Source: a virus. From it: a DNA stretch of 64,000 bases. Numbering within the stretch: position 1 is the first letter of the stretch; each line of letters opens with the position of its first letter. The DNA lies in IMG/VR virus record IMGVR_UViG_3300035696_000012, positions 69,217 to 133,216 of that record, one strand, 5' to 3'. The translations under genes and the position numbers were made by a program. Below the pieces are notes generated by a model, which saw only the letters and a program-made list of their open reading frames with translations, was not told where the DNA came from and did not search any database. Shown here piece by piece: positions 20,812-30,867 of this stretch.

Positions 20812-22952
20812 TATTCATTTCCGTTATTTATAGATCCGTCTCTTGATATATCGCCCTCGTCTCTTCTTGGTACTCCACCATCGGAACTTGAGCTACTAGA
20901 TGAAGATATGGCTGGTGAATAGACGAAAGTATAACTTAATTCATTTATCGAAACCGATGGAGTTTGATTTATATCTGATGGATTTGATAGTATGCTAATA
21001 TAATTATTATTAAACGATACCTGAACTGTTCCGTTTCCTGGAACATCACTCAATATTGATGCTGTGAATAACTGATATCCATCATATGAAAACGGACTAA
21101 CTGTGCCAAGTGAAATATTGGCATGTAATTGTGCTGCTATTGACTGAGCAACATCTGACGGTAAATTATTTGTTAAGGCTTGAGATGAACTTTCATTAAT
21201 TAAAACTGAAAGTATTATTGGCTGAGTAATAAATTGAATATTTGTATTTAAATCAAATGAACTTGTATACTGATCATATGCTGCTGGTATAACTTGTGCT
21301 ATTGAATTATTTGTTTGTTGTTGTAAATTATTCAATAATCCTAATACTGTGGCTTGAAAAATATTAGTTGATGCTATTGAAACATTTTGACGATAGGCAG
21401 TTATAGCATTTGTAATTGCATCTTGTGTACCTGCAACATCTGGCAACACTACATTTGCAAGCGCTGCTGAATTTCCATTGAACTGAGCACCTATTGTATT
21501 ATTTATAAAATCTTTATTAAGTGCTACTTCCGGAATACATCCTAATGTTATTAAGCTTTCACCAACTAACACTTCATGATTAATTGTAAATGTATATGTT
21601 AGATCTGAAAATACATATCCATCATTTGGAAAATAAGATTCTTCATTAGCCGGTATATTTGTTGAATTTTGATGTATAAAAGTATTTAATGGAACCGGTC
21701 TATTTTGTGAATCAACAATTATATCACCATTATCTTCCGTGACTATACCACCGATTAAATTCAATGTTCCATTAAATGGAGCAATCAAATCATTATTATA
21801 TGATGAAACACCTATAGTAGGGGGATCTTTAACTATCGCATTTACAATTTTTATATACCTTGGTCCTTTTGGATCAGTAGGATTATAACTAAAATCAACT
21901 GGATTATAAAAAAATCTAAAACTAATTACATATGGAGTTGAATTTGGATCTGTTGTTGTTGTATAGTTAGTCCCACCAGGGAAAAATATTTTGGATGTGC
22001 CAGCGGGCAAATCATATGCTTTTACTATATTGCTAAATGCTTGCATAGTTGAAAGATTAGAATCATAAAATTGCCAACTTTCTGATCTAGTAGATGATAT
22101 AATCGGTGGAAATGATGCCGGTAAAACTAAACCAGAATCTATGCCAACCTCATTATAATATAAGAAAGTGCCTGTACTACTTATTATATCACTATTATTT
22201 TTAATAAAACCTGGACATACATCCGGGGTACAACAAGAACTACCGCCACTAGAACTGCATGGCGGAATTTTAAATCCTAAGCTAATTATAGCTTTTATAA
22301 TTTGAATAATTGTAGTCAAAACTCCAAATACAACAAATAAGTTTTGTAATGAACATATCAAATCACCAATTTTTTTAACAATTCCCATAATACTGTCATT
22401 ATCTAATCTGGGCGCAGCTTTCCCTAGCATATTTAGGTTAGCTATTATTACATCAATCATTCCAACTATACGAGTTATCAAATATTCTATTAAGGATAGA
22501 ATCAATAACAACAATGACATAATCATAATCGGTATGGCAAATGCTGGAAAAATTGAAAGAAACTCAGGTATACAATTACGAAACAAATTATTAATTGCTC
22601 CACCTAGTGAAAACGGATTTAGTAATGAGCATAAAACCTCAATTATACATAAAATTAAATTAAGTACTGGTAAGAAAAATTTATATAACATTAAAAATGG
22701 ACTAAATTTTTCTAATAAACTATTAACTGCCCCATATACATCAATGATGACGTTTGGTTCCATTTTTGGTTTTAAAGTACCAGGCGGCAATATAAAACTT
22801 AATTGATTAAATATAGCGGTTAAATCCTCTACAGGAGAAGGAGCAAATGGAATATTATAGCTAGGTAGTGCAACAGCATATCCGTTGGAACCAGGGAAAG
22901 TTCCTGCCGAAGGTGGTGTTACATTAGTTTCTGGGAGCGGTGTGCAAGGCAT
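20811..22952 (-). CDS. Baseplate-region protein with a long hydrophobic helical segment (candidate membrane-inserting protein)
   Basis: 713 aa; residues ~85-225 are strongly hydrophobic (FLMLYKFFLPVLNLILCIIEVLC; AFAIPIMIMSLLLLILSLIEYLI; LFVVFGVLTTIIQIIKAIISLGF); sits immediately downstream of the spike gene. Confidence 0.55.
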   Translation of the reverse strand: MPCTPLPETNVTPPSAGTFPGSNGYAVALPSYNIPFAPSPVEDLTAIFNQLSFILPPGTLKPKMEPNVIIDVYGAVNSLLEKFSPFLMLYKFFLPVLNLILCIIEVLCSLLNPFSLGGAINNLFRNCIPEFLSIFPAFAIPIMIMSLLLLILSLIEYLITRIVGMIDVIIANLNMLGKAAPRLDNDSIMGIVKKIGDLICSLQNLFVVFGVLTTIIQIIKAIISLGFKIPPCSSSGGSSCCTPDVCPGFIKNNSDIISSTGTFLYYNEVGIDSGLVLPASFPPIISSTRSESWQFYDSNLSTMQAFSNIVKAYDLPAGTSKIFFPGGTNYTTTTDPNSTPYVISFRFFYNPVDFSYNPTDPKGPRYIKIVNAIVKDPPTIGVSSYNNDLIAPFNGTLNLIGGIVTEDNGDIIVDSQNRPVPLNTFIHQNSTNIPANEESYFPNDGYVFSDLTYTFTINHEVLVGESLITLGCIPEVALNKDFINNTIGAQFNGNSAALANVVLPDVAGTQDAITNAITAYRQNVSIASTNIFQATVLGLLNNLQQQTNNSIAQVIPAAYDQYTSSFDLNTNIQFITQPIILSVLINESSSQALTNNLPSDVAQSIAAQLHANISLGTVSPFSYDGYQLFTASILSDVPGNGTVQVSFNNNYISILSNPSDINQTPSVSINELSYTFVYSPAISSSSSSSSDGGVPRRDEGDISRDGSINNGNE

Positions 22953-22966
22953 TTTATTCTTTTATA

Positions 22967-22975
22967 TCTATATCA
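22967..22975 (-). promoter_or_regulatory. Candidate promoter motif TGATATAGA
   Basis: Intergenic, 14 nt upstream of ATG 22952; matches the recurring TGATATA motif. Confidence 0.35.
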
Positions 22976-22999
22976 TAAAACATTATTATTGAAATAAAA

Positions 23000-25021
23000 T
23001 TATCTAATTGGTCCGGCTGCTGGATCCTCAATTACCGGTCTTCCATTCAATACTATATTTGGACTATCAAATTCAATGGATGCTGGGCTACGGAATAACA
23101 TTTTTCTCGCATAACAGGTCATGCTACCAGGCGTAGTAATTGTTAGTCCATCATCATCTATTCTCAGTATTGTCATTTCTTGTTGGGAATTAAAAACACG
23201 AATATCTACAACACCGGCTACCCAGCCAGTATTTGAATTTTGAAATCTCGTAGTTTCTGCTGGTACAGTATTTCCACCAACTTGTATTATTACTTCGCCA
23301 TCAATATTTGCTGCAAGGCTTATATTCCTTAAATCCCTGCCAACATTTGCAACTATTCCACCTTGAGTATCTAACCATAGTGATTGACGATCTACTGTAT
23401 TTGCGCCAATATTAATTTCTATTGAACCATCAAAATTTAAACTACCGCTTCTACCACCGGCATTTGCATTAACACCGTTAGTAATTATCTGTGAACTAAT
23501 TATCGTTGAAACTGGTTGTACTTGACCTGATGCCAATGTAGTTGTAGCAATATACTCAACTGGTGTATAAAAAGTATTTGTTTGTATAGTACTGCAAGTA
23601 TTTGCAATATTATGATATACCGTTCCATGTTGTATATATATTGGATTATTTTTATTAGAAAATCTATCTATTGGTCCAAAAGAATTGCCAATATCATCTA
23701 ATAAAGAAATTGCAGGATCATTAATAAATGATTCTGCTAATACATCTTTATATAATGAATTAAATACTAAATCATTAGTATTATTTGATTGTGGATTTGG
23801 TGAAACAGTCGAATAATTTTCATATCTTATATTAAGTGGCACATTACCAGTTTCACTGGATGCCGGCACATTTAATTTAAATTGGCCTTCTTTATCAACA
23901 TCGAAAAAAAATCTACTTCGCGCACGAGCATAATTATCTTTATTATTTACATTAGGAGGACCGGATCCATTAGTTTCTTTTCTTGCATTTATTTCAAAAT
24001 GAAATGCTAAACTTTTTCTTTCTTGTCTTTTTATTTGTTGATATGTGTTATTAAAAGTATTTTGCTCATTAGCAGTAGACTTTATATTAAAAGATGATAG
24101 TGTATTAACACCTAATGGAATAATATCCCTATTTAAATCTATTACATTTCCATATAAATCTACTACTGTTCCTTTTATTGATTCTATTAAATAATTTGGT
24201 GATGTTAGACTCAAACTTAATGCATCAGCACGCCCAGCTCTCCTATCAGTAATAGTTGAGTAATTTGGAAAAACTCCTGTTTTATAGAACTCTAATTCAA
24301 TATCATCAGAATATACATTGGCAGATTCCTCATATTCATACACAACTTCTCGTTTTTCTACTCTAGCAGGGTTTCTTACCGCAGTTCCAGAATTAAAAAT
24401 CTTTGCATCAGCGATAGGATCCATGCCAATGGCGATTAAGGTATCATCATATGATGTATCAAATTCTCTTAAAAATGAAGGATAGTTTGTGGATGGTTGT
24501 TTATCTCTATATATAATACCATTTATCTCTCTTGATCCTTGACCTAAATAGTATGATTGATCAAAATTATTAAGATATATTTTTCTAGTTATATCAAATG
24601 TTGCTGAGTTTTCAGTTTCACCTATAACAATAGTATCATTACCAAGATTTATAGCAACATCACTATTTGATTGTATCGTTACACCGCCTCTGGTTAAATC
24701 TGGTATATTTATTTTTGTAGATGATTGTGTTAATCTGGCTACCGGATCTCTGGCTAAAAAAGCAACTATTGCATAATTACTAGTTCCCTCAACTTGACTG
24801 ACATATACAGGTGTTCCTTCAGCTGGAAAACCACCAATAAATCCACCACCGGCTGAAAGATATGGGATTGGCAGTTGAGCCAATACATTTGATGCTCCAT
24901 CATTGTTTAATTGAGAATCAGGTCTAAATGTAACATAAGCTGACATTGTGCTAAGATCAATTTTGGTAATCGTAGCAAGTCGCGTCATTCCAGATGGTTT
25001 AAATATAGGTCCTTGAACCAT
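23000..25021 (-). CDS. Baseplate central spike, gp5/gpV-like OB-fold N-terminus
   Basis: N-terminal RLATITKIDLSTMSAYVTF...LPIPYLSAGGGFIGGFPAEGTPVYV is OB-fold-like; C-terminal short beta-repeats; follows the hub gene with TAATG coupling. Confidence 0.7.
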   Translation of the reverse strand: MVQGPIFKPSGMTRLATITKIDLSTMSAYVTFRPDSQLNNDGASNVLAQLPIPYLSAGGGFIGGFPAEGTPVYVSQVEGTSNYAIVAFLARDPVARLTQSSTKINIPDLTRGGVTIQSNSDVAINLGNDTIVIGETENSATFDITRKIYLNNFDQSYYLGQGSREINGIIYRDKQPSTNYPSFLREFDTSYDDTLIAIGMDPIADAKIFNSGTAVRNPARVEKREVVYEYEESANVYSDDIELEFYKTGVFPNYSTITDRRAGRADALSLSLTSPNYLIESIKGTVVDLYGNVIDLNRDIIPLGVNTLSSFNIKSTANEQNTFNNTYQQIKRQERKSLAFHFEINARKETNGSGPPNVNNKDNYARARSRFFFDVDKEGQFKLNVPASSETGNVPLNIRYENYSTVSPNPQSNNTNDLVFNSLYKDVLAESFINDPAISLLDDIGNSFGPIDRFSNKNNPIYIQHGTVYHNIANTCSTIQTNTFYTPVEYIATTTLASGQVQPVSTIISSQIITNGVNANAGGRSGSLNFDGSIEINIGANTVDRQSLWLDTQGGIVANVGRDLRNISLAANIDGEVIIQVGGNTVPAETTRFQNSNTGWVAGVVDIRVFNSQQEMTILRIDDDGLTITTPGSMTCYARKMLFRSPASIEFDSPNIVLNGRPVIEDPAAGPIR

Positions 25022-28000
25022 TATGTTCCATTCGCTGGGTTAGTTGAATCAGTTGGATTATTAAATACAATCCAACAATCTACTATATAACTATATATTG
25101 CAGAATCAATATCATATTGATCTAACGTTGAGTCGCCCGAACTGGATGAATTTTTATTAGCTATATCTCTTCCATAATAAAATGCCTCCCGAGATGGGGC
25201 TCTAAACTCACCGTCTTCATTAGAATCTACTATTGTAACTTGTATTTGCTCTTTATACGCTGATAGTTTTTGTGGATTAGTCTGTAAGCTACCAGTTGGC
25301 TGTGCATTGGTTGTTAAGTCGGTAGAACCAGTTAAATACCCAAGAACCTCGTTTGCTAATTTAAGTGCGTATGTATTCGGATCACTAAAATTATCACTAT
25401 TGCTATTAGAATATATTCTAAGCTCGAGAGTCGCTCCACTCAAACTCAATGTTGAGTTGCCATAATCTAATAGACGCTGTAATCCCATTTTATTGGATGA
25501 TCCATATATAGCATTAGTTATATCATCATCTATTGATGATGTGCTACTTGCTGCCACCAAATCATTTACTGAATTGCTAGTTGCAGTATTACCTACTATT
25601 GTAGCAACGTGCTCTTGATTAAATACATTGCCCTGTCTTTTATGAGCTAGATTTGTTGTGTCTTTATTGTTTTTGTAGAACATCTTCCCTATAACGTCTA
25701 AGAAAGTCGGTATATATTCTCCAAGATTATGACCATGAGTTAATTCTAATGTTGTAGTGAATCCAGAACCATACGTAAAATTATGTTGAACACTATGCAC
25801 ATAAAATAATAAATCAATATCCTCTAAATATACTACTTCACCAGGTTGTTGATATTCATTACCAACTATGGTCAATGATGCCTTTAATATTTCTCTTCTT
25901 GATTGATTAAGTACAGATACAGCATATGGAGCACATTGAACCTCTGGATTAGTTAAATATGGAGCATCAATACCTTGTGGAACTGAAATACCATACATTC
26001 TCCATAAATCATAATCTACCGCTGATACGCTATTAAAAGCATTACCGTATTGAAATAATTTTAAATCTTCTGATGCAATTCCATTTTGATTAATTAATTG
26101 TGCTGCCTGCCCACCAAATCTTCCGGTGATTTCTATTGATGTATATGGTGGCCTATTTTCCGTTATTGAATAACTTAATATATCATTATTTTTTATAACA
26201 TATCTGTTTCCAGAACCAGGACCATAATCATCATATGACTCATCTTCGATCATATACTCAAAAGTTTTTGGTATATTTTTACTTCGACTCAATGATGGAT
26301 GTAATAATGAATTTCCAAGTGATTGATTACCAGGACCGCCAGAACCATTAGTTAATGTAATTCCTTCTTGTAAGCTTTTCAGTGAATTGACTGCTGTTTT
26401 TATAGCAGTTTGTCTTTGAGATAGGCGTCCTGATATGCCATTAGCTATTTGTAAAATATCATTACTACTGACAATAGACGGTTGTTGCGATCCGCTTGGA
26501 AATAACTGTGACAAATCGAATGTCATACTCGTTGCACCTTGCAAACGTGTTACTATCATAGATTTTCTACTTTGTGCCGATGTATTACTTGCTATTTGCG
26601 CGGCAGTTTGAAATTGCGTTTGATTATTCGTTGTATTTGATGGTAATACTGATTGAACGAACTCTGCTCTTGATGCAACATTGAATAAATTCAGATTAGT
26701 TTGTTGTTGTAAATTATTAACATCTAAACTTGAAGTAATTGCATTATTCAATGCATCTGGTTGTGATAGAATATTTAAAGAAACAGTATTTGTTACTTTG
26801 CCAGTTTGTTCATCAGATACAAATTGAAATCCGCCAATATTTCCGCTTACTCTCTGTATTCCAGCGAGCGTTCCTTGATCAAAACTATTTATGAAACTTT
26901 CACAATCATTATCTGTTGCATATCCTAATGCTAAACAGTATAACCTAATTTCATCTTCTAGAGTTTCTATATTTTGATATGCAGCGTCGAGCTGATCCAA
27001 TGAAAGATCTTCCAAAAATTGCGGGAAGATCTGAATACCAAGATCATCTTTTAATCTTAACATTTTATAGAATACAGAACTTGGAACTCTATTATATCTT
27101 GGGCTTCTTGCCTCTATGTGTCCTTGTGTATTAACGAATAACTCGAAACCAGCTATTACATTTTTTATATTTTCTATTTTTGTAGCAACAGTCATATAAT
27201 CACTTTTAAATGTATCTGGATTAACAAACTGTGTTACGAACGCTTGAATATCATAATCTTTATCATATGTATCATCGACAATAAAAAAATTAATATCCTC
27301 GTTTGCTCTAACTTTCCAAGCTACCCTTCTTGTTAGAAATGCTAATCTACGTCGCAAATCTCTTCTTGAAGAATCGTCTAATCTCGTTGAAGAACCAGAA
27401 TTTAAATTTGAATTATCATAATCAAAAGAAATATCATTACCAAGTAATGAAACCGGAGGATTACCCGCTTGATTTAATGTTTGACTAATATCATTTATTT
27501 TTTTCTGTATCAGCGTGTCTAATTGTTGTAAATTTTGTTGTATTAACTTATCATTAGAATTACCTTTTGTAGCCAGATCTTGAGCATTTGTTATACCAAA
27601 TACTGACAACTTATCAGCAAAATCTGCTCTTTGTTTTAATAATGACTGTAAATCAGCATCATATGATGTAGCATTAATTTGATTATTTAATATTTTAGAA
27701 AATGTAGTTTCATCTACAGTTAATTGTTTAAATGGAATAAAATTACCATATATAGCATTTCTCTCTTTTAGCTGTTGAGTTAAACCTCGTAAAAAAGAAC
27801 CGCTTGAATCCCTGTTTGTTCCACTGTCTTTATTGAAGCTACCGTCAATCATCAATGCGGCTTTATAAAAAGTTGTAAAATTATATGGCTGACCAGAAAT
27901 CAATAATGATATGACATTCATTATGTCTTGACCAGCAAACGGATCACTTGTAATTGCAGGTGCATATGTACCGGGCGGACTTGGTTGATATGTATCACCA

Positions 28001-29967
28001 AATAAGGTTAATGTTGCGATACCTTCTTTCCATCTATATACCATTCCATCTGGATCATAAAATACTCTTCTAACGGAATTATTTTTTACTCTATCCGCAT
28101 CTTGTTGTAAAAAATTAGTTTCAGTTGAAACTATACCAGCAAATAATCCATTCTTATCTTTTATGAATTCTGAATTAAATAATTCTTTATTTTCGTCTAA
28201 TAATTCTAATTGATTATCTTGAACACCAGTAACTGTATCAAACTCTAATTTAAATGGAGTCATCGGATCGAATAATGATCCATTAAATACCTCAATAGAT
28301 GGCTTAAAATTTACAACACCATAGTTAAAATATCCTCCATTATCAGAGCCATTAACTGATACGGTATATTTTCTATCGCTATAAGTGGATGTTGCAGATT
28401 CTATTATACCAGCAAAAACGTGAGTTCCATCCTTATCAGAAATTATTTGACCTCTCATTATTTGCCACAACCAGTTTGGAAAATCATTACCAACAAATAC
28501 GGATTTTTCTAATGAATAATTTTCATTTATAGCAAAAGTATCCTTAATATCATTTGTTAAGTTATTTAATCCTTGTAAAAATCCAAGTCCAGAAAATGAA
28601 CTTTGAAGCCCACCAAGAATCTTATTATCTATTTTCTTTTTTGAATTTATATAGATATTAACATTATCCATTGGTTGGATTACAAGTTTTCCGGCGTAAT
28701 TTAACCTCATTTTTTTTCGTATGAGATTAAGGTTTTTCTTTGCATCTTGATTATCTGCTATCGCATTTCTTCGTGTGTTTGCAGTTAATGATATTTGTGA
28801 ATATAATGAACTAACTATATTATTAAATAATATTACTTCATTTGGACTTAAACCATCATCTCCAATACTATCACTACCTTGCAATGCTGACGGATCTATA
28901 TTGCTCGAACCAATAACATTACTAATAGAGCTTGCATCAAAATTAATTTCAAAACCAAGATTATCTATTATAGCTCTAACTCGTTTTCCTAAATATGTAT
29001 CTGGACTAACTAAAAAATTAATTGGATCAGCACCACGTAATTGTCTAGTTAAATTTAATTGTTGTTTTTGTAATGTTATTGTTTGATCTAATGATGTTAT
29101 ACCTAATTGTAAAAATGAATTAGAATAAAATCTATTTGTTGCGTCATTAATTGCTTGTTCAATATCTAAATTGGTGATCCTCATAATTTTATAGGGATCG
29201 TTAAAATTTAACGTAAATTTTCCTTGTGCAAAATCCAATGTTGTAGTCGTAGTTATTTGAGTTACATTAGTAAATTCAATTACACCGGTACCCTGACTAA
29301 AACTTGAACGAAAAGTATCTGGAATACCAGCGATCCATGATGTATATGGAGTATTTTGTGAGAGAGCATATATCTCTTTTACCCTATCTATTATATTTGT
29401 AAATTTAGACAACGCCCCCGTTACTGAATCTTGCACGCTATCTGCACCATATGCAGCAAGAGTTGCCGAAGGAGTTTGTGCTATGTTATCCGTCAATGAA
29501 AAAATTATTGGTAATAGATGGTAATCTACTCTACCTATATCTGTTGACACTTGCGCTATTTTACATAATTTTTCGTATGATGATATTTGTGTACATTTAT
29601 TTTGAAATAAAACTTTGGTTGTCCTATAAAACAACTGCTCATGAGCATCCATGTAATCTGGTCTATAATTTTCAGCAAGAGATGCAAACATACGTTTTTT
29701 TACTAACACCGTTGCACTTGGATCCTGCATAGATATATTAAGTTGTTTTGGAACATAATTATTATAATCTATCCGTTGAGCACCTTCTTCGGTATAACTA
29801 CGTTCAGCCGTTTGATCAAATTGATTAGCAAACTGCCCTAATTGACCATACTGATTAGTATGACCAGATTGTGCAATTTCTAGGCTTTTATCTTTATTAT
29901 CACCAGTACTAAATTGTTGATTTAAAATATCACCTAGATTGCTTAAAAAATCATTAGGATTTGCCAC
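25021..29967 (-). CDS. Baseplate hub protein (gp27/gpD-like), very large
   Basis: 1648 aa; hub motifs THVFAGIIESATSTY, LFVNTQGHIEARSPRYN and QPGEVVYLEDIDLLFYVHSVQHNFTYGSGFTTTLELTHG; lies between tube initiator and spike. Confidence 0.7.
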   Translation of the reverse strand: MANPNDFLSNLGDILNQQFSTGDNKDKSLEIAQSGHTNQYGQLGQFANQFDQTAERSYTEEGAQRIDYNNYVPKQLNISMQDPSATVLVKKRMFASLAENYRPDYMDAHEQLFYRTTKVLFQNKCTQISSYEKLCKIAQVSTDIGRVDYHLLPIIFSLTDNIAQTPSATLAAYGADSVQDSVTGALSKFTNIIDRVKEIYALSQNTPYTSWIAGIPDTFRSSFSQGTGVIEFTNVTQITTTTTLDFAQGKFTLNFNDPYKIMRITNLDIEQAINDATNRFYSNSFLQLGITSLDQTITLQKQQLNLTRQLRGADPINFLVSPDTYLGKRVRAIIDNLGFEINFDASSISNVIGSSNIDPSALQGSDSIGDDGLSPNEVILFNNIVSSLYSQISLTANTRRNAIADNQDAKKNLNLIRKKMRLNYAGKLVIQPMDNVNIYINSKKKIDNKILGGLQSSFSGLGFLQGLNNLTNDIKDTFAINENYSLEKSVFVGNDFPNWLWQIMRGQIISDKDGTHVFAGIIESATSTYSDRKYTVSVNGSDNGGYFNYGVVNFKPSIEVFNGSLFDPMTPFKLEFDTVTGVQDNQLELLDENKELFNSEFIKDKNGLFAGIVSTETNFLQQDADRVKNNSVRRVFYDPDGMVYRWKEGIATLTLFGDTYQPSPPGTYAPAITSDPFAGQDIMNVISLLISGQPYNFTTFYKAALMIDGSFNKDSGTNRDSSGSFLRGLTQQLKERNAIYGNFIPFKQLTVDETTFSKILNNQINATSYDADLQSLLKQRADFADKLSVFGITNAQDLATKGNSNDKLIQQNLQQLDTLIQKKINDISQTLNQAGNPPVSLLGNDISFDYDNSNLNSGSSTRLDDSSRRDLRRRLAFLTRRVAWKVRANEDINFFIVDDTYDKDYDIQAFVTQFVNPDTFKSDYMTVATKIENIKNVIAGFELFVNTQGHIEARSPRYNRVPSSVFYKMLRLKDDLGIQIFPQFLEDLSLDQLDAAYQNIETLEDEIRLYCLALGYATDNDCESFINSFDQGTLAGIQRVSGNIGGFQFVSDEQTGKVTNTVSLNILSQPDALNNAITSSLDVNNLQQQTNLNLFNVASRAEFVQSVLPSNTTNNQTQFQTAAQIASNTSAQSRKSMIVTRLQGATSMTFDLSQLFPSGSQQPSIVSSNDILQIANGISGRLSQRQTAIKTAVNSLKSLQEGITLTNGSGGPGNQSLGNSLLHPSLSRSKNIPKTFEYMIEDESYDDYGPGSGNRYVIKNNDILSYSITENRPPYTSIEITGRFGGQAAQLINQNGIASEDLKLFQYGNAFNSVSAVDYDLWRMYGISVPQGIDAPYLTNPEVQCAPYAVSVLNQSRREILKASLTIVGNEYQQPGEVVYLEDIDLLFYVHSVQHNFTYGSGFTTTLELTHGHNLGEYIPTFLDVIGKMFYKNNKDTTNLAHKRQGNVFNQEHVATIVGNTATSNSVNDLVAASSTSSIDDDITNAIYGSSNKMGLQRLLDYGNSTLSLSGATLELRIYSNSNSDNFSDPNTYALKLANEVLGYLTGSTDLTTNAQPTGSLQTNPQKLSAYKEQIQVTIVDSNEDGEFRAPSREAFYYGRDIANKNSSSSGDSTLDQYDIDSAIYSYIVDCWIVFNNPTDSTNPANGT

Positions 29968-29997
29968 TTATATTCCTCTTACATTATATATCATTAA

Positions 29998-30867
29998 TTA
30001 TGTTGATGTATTATTAAAGTTATTAGTATTTTGTAGATCGCTAAAACTAAGTGGAATGGCATCTGAATTTGATGGACCAGAATTAGCAGAACGTTGCCAT
30101 GCAAGACTGTTAGTACGATATCCACGTCTTTGTGTAACTGTAAATGATATATTGTAATTGAATAAGCCGAGTCTCTCAGCAGATTCTGTAACAGTCATAC
30201 TAGTAAAAAACCCACGAAATACCCAACCTGTATAATAAAACTCTATTCCTAATGCCATTGATGCCAAGGAAGGAACATTTTGTGGTAATATATTTTGACT
30301 AGCAGGGTCTAAACCTAGTACACCTAATGATCCGCTTGTCAATGAACTGGCAAAACCACCAAGATTTCCTAATGCAGAATCCACTAAATCATTTAATCCA
30401 GTTATTGAGCTATCGGCAGCCATCGTCAGAGCAATAGGATCAAAAAGATATTGTTCTGCTCTATATATTTCATATAACACATTAAGTCCTTCAACACCTG
30501 AACTGCCAGTATGTCCCTCTAACACTAATGTCGGTAATTCTTCTCCCCAATATTGTATGTTATAACCACCTTTTGTTCTATCCATAGTAATTATTTTTTT
30601 ATATCCATAATTTATATTTTGAGGATTAATGTACATATTAATAACGCCAACCTCTGGAACAAACCAATGTCCTATATTCCTTCTTGGAACTGCTAATTGC
30701 AATGGTGGTATATTACTTGATGGTAATCCGTTTCCATCTGCGCTTGGTATCGGAGTGGTAATAAAACCATTTTGTTGAAATGACTGGCTTTGTCCATTTA
30801 ATGCTTGATTTAAATTGGTAGTACCAGTTACTGTATTAGTTGGTGGAGCCTGATTAAGAAATGCCAT
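29998..30867 (-). CDS. Tail tube initiator / baseplate tube cap (gpU/gp48-54-like)
   Basis: MYINPQNINYGYKKIITMDRTKGGYNIQYWGEELPTLVLEGHTG...YYTGWVFRGFFTSMTVTES...FNYNISFTV; directly after the tape measure gene (TAATG overlap). Confidence 0.7.
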   Translation of the reverse strand: MAFLNQAPPTNTVTGTTNLNQALNGQSQSFQQNGFITTPIPSADGNGLPSSNIPPLQLAVPRRNIGHWFVPEVGVINMYINPQNINYGYKKIITMDRTKGGYNIQYWGEELPTLVLEGHTGSSGVEGLNVLYEIYRAEQYLFDPIALTMAADSSITGLNDLVDSALGNLGGFASSLTSGSLGVLGLDPASQNILPQNVPSLASMALGIEFYYTGWVFRGFFTSMTVTESAERLGLFNYNISFTVTQRRGYRTNSLAWQRSANSGPSNSDAIPLSFSDLQNTNNFNNTST

